Source: the human T2T-CHM13v2.0 reference genome, Homo sapiens. Taken from it: a stretch of 64,000 nucleotides of DNA. The stretch is from positions 22,624,001 to 22,688,000 of the forward strand of contig CP086569.2 in the NCBI GenBank assembly GCA_009914755.4, given 5' to 3'. Below, in pieces: positions 48,994 through 63,008 of this stretch; the stretch's first letter is position 1; the number at the start of each line of letters is the position of its first letter. A program made the translations under genes and the position numbers. A model generated the notes under the pieces. The model was given only the letters and a program-made list of their open reading frames with translations, was not told where the DNA came from and did no database searches.

Positions 48994-51900
48994 CCATGGG
49001 GATTGGAATATAGTCTGGTGAGTTTCTGTGGGTTTTTGGGTGATGGAATCATAACTGAGACCCCAGAGGCGGGTGTCTGCAAAAGATGGCTGGGCTCTTG
49101 ACCTCATCCTCCCACTGCCCACTGCCTCCCTTCATCCTGGCCTTATAAGGGCTCCCAGAGAAAGGCTGGAACCATGACAAAAGTAGGTCCAAGTTGGAGC
49201 AGTGTTCTCACACCTCAAACTGGCCTCTCAAAGGTGCAAACAAGGTTGAGACAGTGTCTCAGAGGCTGTCTGTGACAATTGCAAGCCTGGAATGGTGTCC
49301 AGCAGTGCTGTTGAGGGGCAATGTGGACCCCCCATGAAAGCAAAGAAAACTCAAAGCTTGCCTGAGAGAATGAACTGACTAGTGTCAGAGACGCAGCAAT
49401 ATTCAAAGGTATATGTCAGAAGACCCAAAATCCTCTGTCAAAGTGCAAATAAATTCAGCCCCCAAAATGAGAACACAAGCCACAACCTGGAACATAGCCA
49501 GCCTACCTAAAGTCCTTCTTGCTCCCTGAAATTCCTGGCATCCAAAAGATGAGTGATGATAGGCAGTCCCATTCAGCAAGAACACAATGAAAGATCCACT
49601 CAACAATGAGAAGACCATGCAAATAAAAGTGAAACAGAGTCTAGATTACCAGGTAAAAGCCAAACACAGCTGTCTGCTTCTCATCCTACAGGAATCATGA
49701 AGCCCTCTGATAGAAGTGAAAGAACAAGAGTTTCCTTGTTGACAGCTGTCACGGCAATTTATGGTTTTAAATTATCAATGCTGCCCAGTCATTAAAAAGT
49801 GACAGGGTTTAGAAGGAAACACTCATGTGATGGATTCCCATGAGGGTCATTCTCTGAGAAGTGGGAAAGATTTAGTGTGGAAGCCATTGTGCAAGACCCA
49901 GGAAACCCTAGGCTGACGAGGAACCTGGAAGTCAAGAAAAGAAGAGGTCACCCCTCCCAGCATTAACCCATTCCATCCCCATTCCAACCTATTTGGCTAT
50001 GGGTGTGAAAGCCATAAATCAGGAGTTTGTCAGGATGGGCCCAATTTGCACTCCAAATACTCCCTGAACATTGGATTACTTCCACCTGAAAAATAGGCCG
50101 TGATGGGGACCGCTTGCACAATTAGCAGAATGGGGGGATGGATTTGGAAGCAACTTCAGTGTCATCTGTCTTCATTTTTTTTTTTGCAGTTGAAATTGTG
50201 GGACCCATCCACTCCTCACTAGATTGTATCCTCAACCCTATCTGACCTTATTGCTGCTCACACTCTGTGTCCCAGGATGAAATCTCAAGATGATGGAGGA
50301 GTGCCCCCTTTGACCTGAAGCACCTGCTCAGCTAGGAACCAAATTCAAGGTAAGTTTCAGAGTTACTGGGGAAAGGACTGCTAGTGTCTCTCATTGGGTT
50401 GACCACAGGACAATGAAACAGTGGGAGATGTCTGTTTTCTAGTGTTGTGTGTTCCTCATCTTTCTAGAAGAGTGCTTTTTGTTCATTTGCTTGTTTGTTT
50501 GTTTTGCAGGGGGAGGTGACTTGGACGCTGGCAAGTCTCGACCCGCCCCCCAATATACTGGGGATTCATGATCCACAGAAAAATAGAGAACACAGCCCTG
50601 CGACTAAAGCAAAGCCACACAGACAAGCCATCAAAATGTTGAGAGACTCAAATAAAGAAGCACTGAAATGTGTTAGCCACATTCTTTTAAGCAGACTCCA
50701 TTTGCAGGAACACACACACACAAAGACACAATACCACACAAACACATGCAGAAATCTGACACTCATAACACTCCCACAGAAACACACAGCCCGGCAGCTT
50801 CTGAGGCTGTGTGTTTCTGTAGGAAGCCCCACCTTGGAGAGAGCAACCCCAGGGAACAGAGGCAGGCTCTAACTAAAAATATCATGGGGGCAAGTTTCAT
50901 AAAGACTCACTCCTAGAACTCCTGGGCAGGCCTAAGGAATCCTGCAGATGATTTTGGATCCACAGGGATTTTGTAGTTTATTCCTGGGGCTCTGCTTGAC
51001 ATTTCTTCAGGCTCACTCACATCTTTCTCTCCTAGGATCATGGGATTATTCCATGTATCCCACAGAGAAGACAGGTGAGAGTCCACCAGCGCACCTCCAC
51101 AGAGGTCTCTTTCTCCACAAGCTGCAGGGACTTGTCTCTTGCCAACAGTGACATTCCTTGTGACACTTGCCAGAACTCAAAATCAGGCATGGTGCCCTGA
51201 GTCTAGCTCATGCACATTCGTGAGGCAGGCTCTGGCATCCGGCTGTCAGAGCTGTCAGCCTGACTAAGCAGAGGAAAATGCTGCAAGCAGAGCCGGCCTT
51301 GTATCAGGAAAAAGGATGCCTATGAAAACCCACTGCGAGACCCTAAAAGTCTCAAACTCAGGGCCTCTTTGGGCCATCTCCATGGTCAGGTCCCACTGGA
51401 GGAGGAGGTGTTTCAAGACTGTGAGGTGGTCGCTGGAAACTGCTCTTCTGACTCTATTCCTGAAAGAGGCTGTGTGCAAGAATCAGGTCCCATGGAGATT
51501 GGAATAGAGTCTCTTGTGTTGTTGGGGTTCTTTGGGTGATAGAATTATACTTGAAACCCCAGAGGTGGGCATCACTAAAAGATGCCCGAGCTTGACCTCA
51601 TGGCATCCCTTCATCCTGGGTCTCACAGGGGCTGTCTGGAAAAGTCAGGAACCATCACAGAGGAAAGTCCAAGGTGAAGCAGTTGTCTCACACCACAGAC
51701 TGGTCTCTCCTTGGTGCAGATGAGGTTGACACAGTGACTCAGAGGCTGTCTGTGGTGATAGTAAGCCTGAAAATTGTGTTCAGCAGTGCTGTAGTGCTGT
51801 TAAGGGTCATTGTAGATTTTTCATGAAAGCAAGGAAAAAACAAGGCTTGCCTGAGGAAATGAGCTGCCTTGTGCTGGAGTCCAAACTTGGACTGAACTCT

Positions 51901-54900
51901 TATGGGTAAAGATAAGGTAGAGACCATGTCTCAGAGGTCATCTTTGATGATGCCAAGCCTGAAAATGATATCCAGTAGAGCTGTTGAAGGACACTGTAGA
52001 TTGTCCATAAAAGCAAAGAAAAATCAAGGTTCACCTGATAGAATGAGCTGCATTGACCTGGAGTTTAAGCAATGTTCAATGCTTCCTGTTAGAGGTCCCA
52101 AAAGCCTCCTGCAAATTGCAAACAACCTCAGCCCCCATAACGAGACAACGACTCAAAACTTGGAGCACCGCCAGACTCCTCAAAGTCCCTTTTGCTCTTT
52201 GAAATCTCTGGAAGCAAAATAATCTTTGGCAAGAGGCAGTCCCATCCAGCCACAGCCCAATGAAAGAACCCCCACTCAACGAGAAGACCATGTAGATGAA
52301 AAAAATCAGAGACTAGATTGCCAGGCAAAAGCCAGACAGGGCTGCCTGCTTCTCATCCTACAGGAATCATGCGGAATGCCAAGAGAAGTGAAAAAAAAAA
52401 GAGTTTCCTTGTTGGCAGCTGTAAGGGAATTTACAGTTTTAAAGGTATCAAAGCTGCCCAGTCATTAAATTGTGACAGTGTTTAGAAGGAAACACTCAGG
52501 CAATGGATTCCCATTAGGGTCATTCTCTGTGAACTGAGAAACGTTTACTGTGTCATTGAGCCAGACACAGGAAAACCTGCACCAACAAGAAACATGGACA
52601 TCAGAGAAAGAAGAGTCAAGTGTGGAGGCCATATCCCACCAAGCATCAATCCATTTCATTCCCATTTGGCTCCCGGTATGAAAGCCCTCAAATTGGGAGT
52701 TTGCCAAGATGACCCCAATTTGCACTCCAAATGTTCTTGCCCATTGGAGTACTTTCACCTGAACACCATGCTATGGTGTGGACTACTTGTGCAATTAAGG
52801 GAATGTTGGGATGGAGTTGGAAGTATCTTCTGTGTCATCTGTCTTCATTTTTTTGCAGGTGAAGTTGTGGGATCTCATCCAATTCCCACCAGATTGTATC
52901 CTCACCCCTGTCTGACCTTATTGCTGCTCACACTCTATGTCCCAAAATGAAAACCCAAGTTGATGGAGTATTGCCCCCTCATGATGTGAAGAAACTGCTT
53001 GGCTGGGACCTGAATTTGAGGTAAATTCAAGGGCCCTATAGACAGGACTGCTAGTGTCTCTCCCTGAATTGGCTGCAGGACAGTGAAACACTCAGAGATG
53101 TCTGTTTTTTCATGTGGTATGCTCCCCTTTTTTCTAAGAGTGGCTTTCTTTTGGAGTGGGAGGTGAGTGTGACGCTGGTGGGTCTCAGCCTGTGTCCCAA
53201 TTCTCTGGGGATTTATGATCCACAGAAGACTAAAGAACATGGAACTCCACAGCCCAAGCAGTGCTGCACAGACAGGCCACCAAAAAGTTGGGAGACTCAA
53301 AAAAAATAGCTAAAATGTGTTAGCCACATTCCTTTAAGTATACTCCACTTATATTCTAACACGCACACACACACACACACACACATGCAGACATCCAATA
53401 CCCTCAATACTTTCACAGAAACACACAGGCTGGCAGCTCCTGAGGCTGTGTGGTTCTGCAGGAAGCCCCATTTGGGAGAGAGCAACCTCGAGGAACACAG
53501 CTGCTGTATGTGGATATCACAGTAGGGCAAGTTTCAAAAAGACTCACCCCTACAAAGTCTAAACAGGTTTGAGGAATTCTGCAGATTGTTTTGTATTCTT
53601 AGGGATTTCACAGTTTATTCCTGGGGCTCTGTTTGATGTTATTTCTGGCTGCCTCATGTCTTCCCTCTCCTAGGATCATGGGACTGTACCATGGATACAA
53701 CAGAGAAGACAGGCCAGAATCCACTGCTGACACACCTCCAGGGAAACCTCTTTATCTGCCAAGCTGCAGGGATTTGTCACTGGCAAAGGTGACATTCATT
53801 GTGAAGCTAGCCAGAGCTCGCAATCAGGCCTGATGCCCTGAGACTAGGGCACGCACATTAATGAGGCAGGCTCTGGCCCTGGCTCTCAGACCTGTCAGCC
53901 TGCCTAAGCAGAGGAAAATGGCAGAGGCAGAGTCGGTCTGGTATCGGGAAAAAAGCTGCCTGTGAAACCCACTGAAGGACCCTAAAAGTCTCAACTTTGG
54001 GGGTTATTCAAGCCATCTCCATGGTTGTGTCCCACTGGAGGAGGAGGTGTTTTGAGACCATGAGGTGGTCGCAGAAACTGCTCTTCTCTTCTGAGTCCGT
54101 TCCCAAAGGAGGCTGTGTGAAAGAATTAGGTCCCATAGGGATTGATATATAGTCTGGTGTGTTCTGGAGGGGTTTTTTGGGTGATAGCAGCAGACCTGAG
54201 ATCCCAGAGGTGGGTGTCAGCAAAAGATGGCCAGGCTCTTGACCTCTCTGCCTCCCTTCATCGGGGGCCTCACATAGGCTCTCTGGGAAAGGCAGGAAGC
54301 AAGACAAGGCAAGTATAAGATCAACACTGTTCTCACACCTCGAACTTGCCCCTCATGGGTGCATATGAGGATGTGACACCATCTCAGAGGCTGTCTGTGG
54401 TGACGGCAAGCCTAAAAATGGTGTCCAGTAGTGCTGTTGAGGAGCACTGTGAATTCTCCATGAAAGCAAAGAAAAATCAAAGCTCACCTGAAACAACAAG
54501 ATGCCTTTTGCCAGAGTCCAAGCAATGTTCAATGATTCCTGTCAGAGGACCCCAAAGACTCCTGCAAAGTGCAAACAACTTCAGCTCCCACAACATACAA
54601 CAATCCACAATCTGGAGTGCAGCCAGATGATGCAAAGTCCCTTCTGCTCTCTGATATCTCTGGCAGCTAAATAATTGGTGGGAAGAGGCATTCCTATCCA
54701 GCAACAGAACAATGCAAGAGCCCCTCCACTATGAGAAGGCCATACAGATGACAGGAAACAGAGGCTAGTTTACCAGGCAAAGCCAGACACAGCTGCCAGC
54801 TTGTCATCCTACAGGAATCATGCAGCACTCCAATAGAACTGGGAGAATAAGAGTTTCCTTGTTGTTGGCTGTAACAGGAGTTTATGGTTTTTAAAGTATC

Positions 54901-56981
54901 AAAGCTACCGAGTCATTAAAACATGAGAGTTTTTAGAAGAAAACACTCATGCTATGGATTCCCATGAGGGTCATTCTCATGAACTGAGAAACATTTAGTG
55001 TGGAAGCCGTTGAGCCAGACACAGGAAACCCTAGGCTGGTAAGAAACATGGAAGTCAGAAAAAGAAGAGGCAAGTGTAGAGGCCACATCCTACCCAGCAT
55101 CAATCCATTCCACTCCCATTTGGCTCTGGGTATGAAAGCTCTCATATTGGGAGTTTGCCAGGATGACCCCAATTTGCACTCCAAATGCTACTTGCACATT
55201 GAAGTACTCTCAACTGAATTCTGGGCCATGGTGTGGACTGCTTTTGCAATTAAGGGAATGTTGGGTTGGAGTTAGAAGCATCTTTTCTGTCATCTGTCTT
55301 TATTTTTATTTTTATTTTTTTGCAGGTGAAGTTGCTGGACCCCATTTTCCATTCAGCAGATTGTATCCTCACCACAGCTGACCTTATTGCTGCTCAGACT
55401 CTATGTTCCAGGATAAAATCACAAGAAGATGTAGTAGTGCCCCCTCATGATGTGAAGCATGTTCACAGCTGGGAACCAAATTCGAGGTTAATCTAAGTGG
55501 CCTTGCAGACAGATCTGCTAGTGTCTCTCCCTGCGTTGTCCTCAAGATGATGGAAACACTGAGAGATACCTGGTTTTTGGTGTGGTGTGCTACTCTTCTG
55601 GAAGAGTGGTTTTTAGTGCAGGGGGAGGTGATTTGGACGCTGGCGGGTCTTGGCCCACCTCCAAATTCACTGCGGATTCATGATCCACAGAAAAATAACA
55701 CGGAGCCATGCAGCCCAAGCATAGCCACACAGACAGGCCACCAAAATGTAGTGAGGCTAAAAACAAGAAGCACTGAAGTGTGTTAGCCCCATTCCTTTAA
55801 GCAGACTCCACTTACAGGCACACACACACACACACAATGCCACACACACTCGATGTCAAACACTCACAACATGCCCACAGAAACACACAGCATGGCAGAT
55901 CCTGAGGTTGCATAGTTCTGCAGGAGGCCCCACCTGGGAGACAGCAACCCCAGGGAACACAGGCAGGCTGTACCTAGAAATCACATTGGGGCAAGTTTCA
56001 AAGCCCATACAACTTATAGGCTGGCCTGAGGAATTCTGCAGATCCTTTGGGATCCTTAGGGATTTTGCAGTTTATTTCTGGGGCTGTGGTTGATGTTTCT
56101 TCAGGCTGACTCCCACAAGCTCTCTGACCTTGGTTGATGTTTCTTCAGGCTGGCTCACATCTGCCCTCTCATAGTATCATGGGACTATCCTGTGGAATCC
56201 ACAGAAAAGACAGGGGAGAGTCCACTGTCAATGCACCTCCAAGCAGATCTCCTTTTCTGCCAAGCCACAGGGACTTTTTGCTAGGCAACAGTGACATTCA
56301 TTGTGAGGCTAGCCAGAATTCACCATCAGGCCTGGTGCCCTGAGAATAGTACATGCACATTCTTCAGGCAGGTTCAAGAACCCAGCTGTCAGAGCTGCCA
56401 GCCTGCCTAGGCAGAAGAAAATGCACAGGCAAAGCTGGCCTCACATCGGGAAAATGGCTACCTGTGAAAACCCACTGTGACACCCTAAACGTCTTGACCT
56501 TAGGGTCCCATGGGCAGTCTCCACGGTCTCCTCCCGCTGGAGGAGTAGGCATTTCAAGACTGTTAGGTGGTCGCTGGAAACTGCTCTTCTGACTCCATTC
56601 CTGAAAGAGAATGTGTGTGTACAATACCCCAATCCCATGGGGATTGGGATATAGTCTGTTGTGTTGTTCAGTGTTCTTTGGGTGATAGAAGACCCCAGAG
56701 GCAGGTGTCAGCAAAAGCTGGCCAGACCCTTAATCTCACTGCCTCCCTTCATCCTGGGCCTCACAGGTGCTCTCCCAGATAATCAAGAACCAAAAGAAAG
56801 GCAAGTCGATGTTGGAGACATGTTCTCACACTTTGAACTGGCCTGTCATGGGTGCAGATGAGGTTAAGACAGTGTCTCAGAGGCGGTCTGTGGAGATTGC
56901 TACCCTTAGGGTATCCAGTAGTGTTGATGTAAGAGCACTGTGGATTCCTAATGACAGGAGAAAAAAATCACTTGAGAGAAT

Positions 56982-57572
56982 TGTTGGGAAACCAGCCCCA
57001 CAATGCCCCGTGGGTACCCTAAATCCAACAGAGACAAATAATTAGAAAGAGACAGAATGAGAGTTTAAAAGGCAGGTCCAGGGGACCAGAGAATTGGAGG
57101 CTTGCTCATGGCCTGGAGCTCTCAGCCACCACCCAATTTATTGCTTTACAAGCTCTTTGTTCTTAGGGCAGATCTGAGGGGTAGGAAGGGCTGAGGGAAA
57201 GGATTAATCAGTGAGGGAGAACCCGTGAGTCATTCAATAAGATGTATAGCAGTAGCAGTTTCTGTGAATTTCCTCTAGCAAAGGCGTGTGTCTAAACTAC
57301 TTAATATATTTAACTTATCAGGACTGAAATGGATGGGAGAAGGCTTCAGGAGAAGCCAAGATGTTTGATTATACTCCACTGCTTCAAGAGAGTGTTATTT
57401 CCCTGAGCAACCTGTGGCAGCCCGCTGAGCTGTTATGCTCTCTGGGCATAAGGACATGAAGGCAATAAGGAGACTTTTCTCCTCAGAGGCCACCCATGGG
57501 AGTGACTCCCCATGGGAGTCTCACACCGGAGAGATCAACTCATTTGGCATCCCAGAAACTCTCTTTCCCACA
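56982..57572 (-). mobile_element. HERV-K-type 3' LTR
   Basis: Aligns with 62125-63008 minus the Alu. A polypurine tract (+ strand: tgtcccacttttttgtctccattttttt, 57573-57600) lies immediately internal. Confidence 0.8.
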
Positions 57573-58225
57573 TGTCCCACTTTTTTGTCTCCATTTTTTT
57601 AAATTAATAACCACCATTGCTATCATAGCTCATTCACGGTGTCTATCTACTCTCCCAAGATGCTGTCTGCATCAGTAGGTTAAAAAAAAAACAGCATAAA
57701 AAGACACACACCAAAGTAATATTTGCAATTGATGATCCACCTATGGTTTTAATTCACTTTAAAGGATTAGTGTTAAAAAGGCCCTCAGTGGTTCCAGCAA
57801 GAATATCAGCTCTAGGCAACAGGATGGGATGAGCCTGAGATGCGGCAAAAAGTTGTTTTTTCAGTTTAGCAGGATCTAATGTTAAATTATCTTCTTCTCC
57901 TGGTAGGTGATGTCTAATCATCTCCCAGTGGTGTTCAGTGATATTATAAGAGCTAGGAGGAATACGAAATCAGAAGTATTCCAATCACATTGCATTTGAA
58001 TTCTATGCTCCAAGTTCATAATCCGATCTCCCATTCAGATTACTGTCTGATGATCATTAATTTGATTTGCCAATTTTTGATCTATTTGGCTTTGGGAATT
58101 CCAAAGCTTGGAAGAATTTTTCTGCCAACTATGCACAGCGCTCGCAGGTTGAATAGAAGAGTGCAAAGCAAAGCCAGCAGCAGCAGCTATAGCTGTGACA
58201 GATTTAAGACCCATGATGAGAGCTA

Positions 58226-58621
58226 TTAAAGTAAATATGAATCTCTTTGATCATTAAGTATTTCTTTTAGTACTGCAGTGATAATATATATGGAGGAAGA
58301 GGACTCCCAAGTTCTATTGAGGGAAACAGGTATCCAAACTCCTTCTTGGGCCCTAACCAGTAAAATGCTATTATCTTTATTAAAGGTAGAATTAATGCAG
58401 GTAAAAATATGACAGCTGAGGCATGATATGCTTTGAGAGTCAAGCAGGATATTAACTTTTCCTGCTGCTAACATAAAAGGAGGTTTAACACAACTCTGTA
58501 ATGGGACTGTCTGATTAGATATCATGGCTACAACAAATTGAAGTTTTTTACTCTGGGTGTCTGTTTTATATTCTCCTTTCTGAATCCCAACTGGGGTTTG
58601 AGACATCATTAATTTCCACAT
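58226..58621 (-). pseudogene. HERV-K env remnant (SU/TM junction region)
   Basis: The ORF ...[43 protein letters not shown]... parallels HERV-K Env ...[37 protein letters not shown].... Confidence 0.75.
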
Positions 58622-59838
58622 TTTGGATGTTCTGGACTTATAATTGGATCAATCATTTTTGGCTTTGGAGGAGCCATACCGTTCTCTCCTACTTAATAGG
58701 GTAATTTGTTTCAATTCTTCTATATAATATTGGTACATTATCTGGGTAGTCGTTTGTAAAGGAGTCTCTCTAAAGTCTTTGCTCTGTCCAGTACAATTTA
58801 CTGAAAAGTGACCCCTAGGGGCCCAATCAGTGATGAATCCAATGGAATTATTTTCAATACTGCAGCACTGTTTGCAATACAGTCTTCCCAGGTTAGCATC
58901 TCTAGCTTTTCAGATCATTTAGTGGCCTGCCTGGGGCAGGACTTCTTATTAGGTTTAAATTTATTAATCTGATGATGTGTCATAACATAGCCATGCTCAA
59001 GGTATTTAATTGTGTCCAAAGATTGAAATGTTCTTCCACTGATTACATGAATAGAGGCCTTTCATCCATTATGTGCAGGGACATAAACCATCTGACATTG
59101 TTGATCATAATTTAAACATCCTGCTGTTGGCCCCAGGCAGATGGGAGGAAAGTGATAACCAATGGAAACTTTCATTAACATTCCTTCCTCCTCTGGATGA
59201 GTAGGACCTCAGTTATCTATTGGTCCAGGCATCCAGACACTAGCATTAACATAACCTTCACTGGGGCATCTAACCTTGTAACAGGTCTAATCAGTGGTGG
59301 GAATGGGATGTAGGTCCAATAAGTGTAATTTTGATCTGCCCCTCTGCAGGGAGACTCACCACCAAGGGGATTACCACCATCATAGCTACCATTAGATTAC
59401 TGGTGGTCAGCAGCTTGTGCTGAGACCTCAGTTTCTCTTCTTCAATGTGAGCTAGTCTCCTCATCTGCCCCCAGGTCAGTGGAGTTGTTTAGTGAGTTTT
59501 ACTGGTTTCCACCTGCTTAACAAAGATGTTCATCTGAGCCATCTGATGAACTGGTGGTGCAAGGACTTTCTGAGGTCTTTTCCTTTTGCTTGAATTCTGG
59601 CTCTTGGCACCACTTAACATGTCTTGTGGGTACCCAGAGAAGAAGCTGATTCTCTCCTGGTGAGATGCAAGCAAATCCTCACCCCCAAAAAGACCCACTG
59701 GGGCCTTTTGTTTGGGCCAGTTTTTTGGCTATTGATAAAGAACTATGATTGACATGTCTGCTCTTGTGTCGACCAGACCCTTAAATTGTTTTCCTTGAAT
59801 AGTGACCATACAAATAGGTCTATTGTCAGAGACTTGAT

Positions 59839-60210
59839 TTACCCAATGGGCAGCCTTGCCTGCTGAATTTGTGCTTCCAAATCCTCCTTTTTTTCTGAGC
59901 TTTCTCGTAACTTAACATATGGTAAAAGCAACAGTTGAGCTATTCTGTCATCTGGATTAGTACTCCAGTGGACAATGGAGGAAATAACAATTTGAATTTC
60001 TCCCTGGCAATCAGAGTCCACTACTCCGGTATGTACTTGAATTCCCTTTAATTTTAAGCTGGACCTTCCCAGTATAAGTCCCACCATGCCATTTGACAAT
60101 GGGCGATAGACTCCCATTGGGATCTTCCTGCGAGTCTCCCCAGGAAGGAGGAATACAGCTTTTGTACAGCATGTATTTACTGCCCCACTTTTATCTCTGG
60201 AGGGGGACAA
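59839..60210 (-). pseudogene. HERV-K pro-region dUTPase remnant
   Basis: ...GVYRPLSNGMVGLILGRSSLKLKGIQVHTGVVDSDCQGEIQIVISS...RIAQLLLLPYV matches the betaretroviral dUTPase motif pattern (GLILGRSS...GVID.D..GEI...IAQL). Confidence 0.75.
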
Positions 60211-60503
60211 TTGCTGTACATTTGTAAAGGGATAGACTGGGATGGGAATACTCTGTTTGGAGTCAGGGATGACCTGCCCTGAATTGGGAATGCCCTGTTT
60301 TGAATCAGGGCCTGGTCCTGAGTTTTGCCTTTTTTGGCTCTTTGTACACTCTCTTTTTGTATGTACTATCCGTCCACAATTATATCAAGATCCAGGGAAC
60401 ACTCATGTGCTTTTTGTTACCCTTAGTCCAGCCACTGCCTGAGAAAGGAGGTTGGCCTTATATAAGTGCCCCTCAATGCCATCACAGGCTGTAATATATT
60501 CAC

Positions 60504-60734
60504 TTAAAGTTTTTCCTCATTTAGATCTGCCTTTACCTTAATAGATCTAATTTCTGCCTGACATTCTGTATTCACATTTTCATAAACAAGCAGCTGAATG
60601 ATCACTTTCCTGGCACAGGAATTCAAAATAGCCTTTTGAGCATCTTCTTGCAAATGTAGCAATAAAATCTGGATAAATCTCCCTTGGGCCCTGTCAAACT
60701 GAGTTAAAAGAAGGATAAGTAGTAACAGGGTCAT
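60504..60734 (-). pseudogene. HERV-K gag CA C-terminal fragment
   Basis: ...SCARKVIIQLLVYENVNTECQAEIRSIKVKADL matches HERV-K Gag ...ARKVIVELMAYENANPECQSAIKPLKGKV. Confidence 0.7.
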
Positions 60735-61481
60735 GAATTTTTTTCCTGGTATCTTCAGCGTATAGTTCTGAGCTGATCAACAGACTCATCACCCATTACC
60801 ATCTGTTGATTTACAGTACCCAATGCCTGTCTGATTCCAAGCAATAGATCAGATGTGATATTAATGGGAGGTTGGGCTTGAGCATGTCTGCATGCCTGAT
60901 TTGTTGCTTCATCTGTCCACCAGGTTTTAAAATGGAGAAACTGAGAGGGAGACAGGGTGGATCGAGCTAATCACTCCCAATCCATAGGTATTAAATGCCA
61001 GTTATAAGCCACAAATTGTAATGAGGAATGAACATAAGAAGAATTTGGCCCATATTGTCCACTTGCTTGCTTTAAATCTTTTTTAATATTTTAAAGGGAA
61101 ATGGCTCCCAGCATGCCTCAGCATGTTCTCTGGGCTTTTCAGCTGGAGAAATAATTATTGGAAACTGCCAAGCATCGAAATCCCCTATTTCTTGTGCCTG
61201 TCAAATGGATGCCTGAATTGCCACTGCACCATAATTTGTATTTGGACTGGCTGGATGCCTGAATTGCCCCTGCACCATAATTTGTATTTGGACTGGCTTA
61301 CAGTATTTTTCTCCCATAATTAACAGGTGGACAAGCCTGGATCATTCCCTCACTGTAACTGGCTGTTGGGCTGTTGAAGCTTCCCTTTACCATAGTCAAT
61401 GGTAGGTCATGCAACAATGGGAGCAGCAAGCCACGTCTCAGTCTCCCATTCCAAAAACTCATAAGGCTGAGGTGGAGGTGG

Positions 61482-61955
61482 TCATTCTGCACCTTCCCCT
61501 AAAGGCACAGTAGGGGGAACTGTTTCTTTCATATGTTTTTGGAAGTTAGCATATATTCCTTCCCATTTCGCCCCTTTTTTTTTTAAACTAGACAGTGATG
61601 GTTCACTTTGCTGATTATCAGACTCCTGATTATTAAACTTTTCTATGTCATCCTGAAACTTCTCCTTCTTCTCCTCAGTGTGGAAGGGCTCCAGTGCTGT
61701 TTTAATTGCTGACCACCCAGAGCAAGTGGAGAAGGGAATATTGTGGCCCTCTTGGTGTGCTCCTTTTAAGTCTGGTCCGATCTTGTCCCAGTCTTTTACA
61801 TTCATGGTTCCATATTCTGGGAACCAAGGAGAATACTTTTCTATGAGATGGAAAACAGAGGTGAGATTCTGAGTACTCATAATTACTCCTCTATGGCTCA
61901 ATAACTGCTGCACCAGGCTTAAGTAATTAGCAAACTTGTTTTCACCCTGACCCAT
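61482..61955 (-). pseudogene. HERV-K gag N-terminus (matrix), starting MGQ
   Basis: MGQGENKFANYLSLVQQLLSHRGVIMSTQNLTSVFHLIEKYSPWFPEYGTMNVKDWDKIGPDLK...NIPFSTCSGWSAIKTALEPFHTEE. Compare HERV-K Gag MGQTKSKIKSKYASYLSFIKILLKRGGVKVSTKNLIKLFQIIEQFCPWFPEQGTLDLKDWKRIGKELK...NIIPLTVWNDWAIIKAALEPFQTEE. Confidence 0.85.
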
Positions 61956-62104
61956 ATTTTCCTGAGGTTGCCCTGGAATTCTCTGAGAGCCCTACTGACC
62001 TATAGAGCGTGAGTGAAAAGGTACTCAGCTGTCCTTTGTCAGTCATCCTCCACTTTCCATGCTCTGGCTTTTCCTCACTGGATTATTTGTAGATATTATA
62101 GGGA

Positions 62105-62122
62105 GCACCATGTTGGGCACCA
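62105..62122 (-). other. PBS complementary to tRNA-Lys (HERV-K type), with two CpG-decay substitutions
   Basis: + strand gcaccatgttgggcacca versus the reverse complement of the canonical PBS(Lys) gccccacgttgggcgcca: 15 of 18 match, and two of the three mismatches are CG->TG / CG->CA. A 2-nt spacer precedes the LTR. Confidence 0.65.
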
Positions 62123-62124
62123 GA

Positions 62125-63008
<884 letters not shown>

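Noticed and set aside
57040-57600. ERV LTR pair considered as a possible segmental duplication of unique sequence (57040-57580 versus 62170-63010)
   Set aside because: The boundaries fit retroviral LTRs exactly (TG...CA, PBS and PPT immediately internal, 6-bp TSD outside), so this is a provirus, not a duplication.
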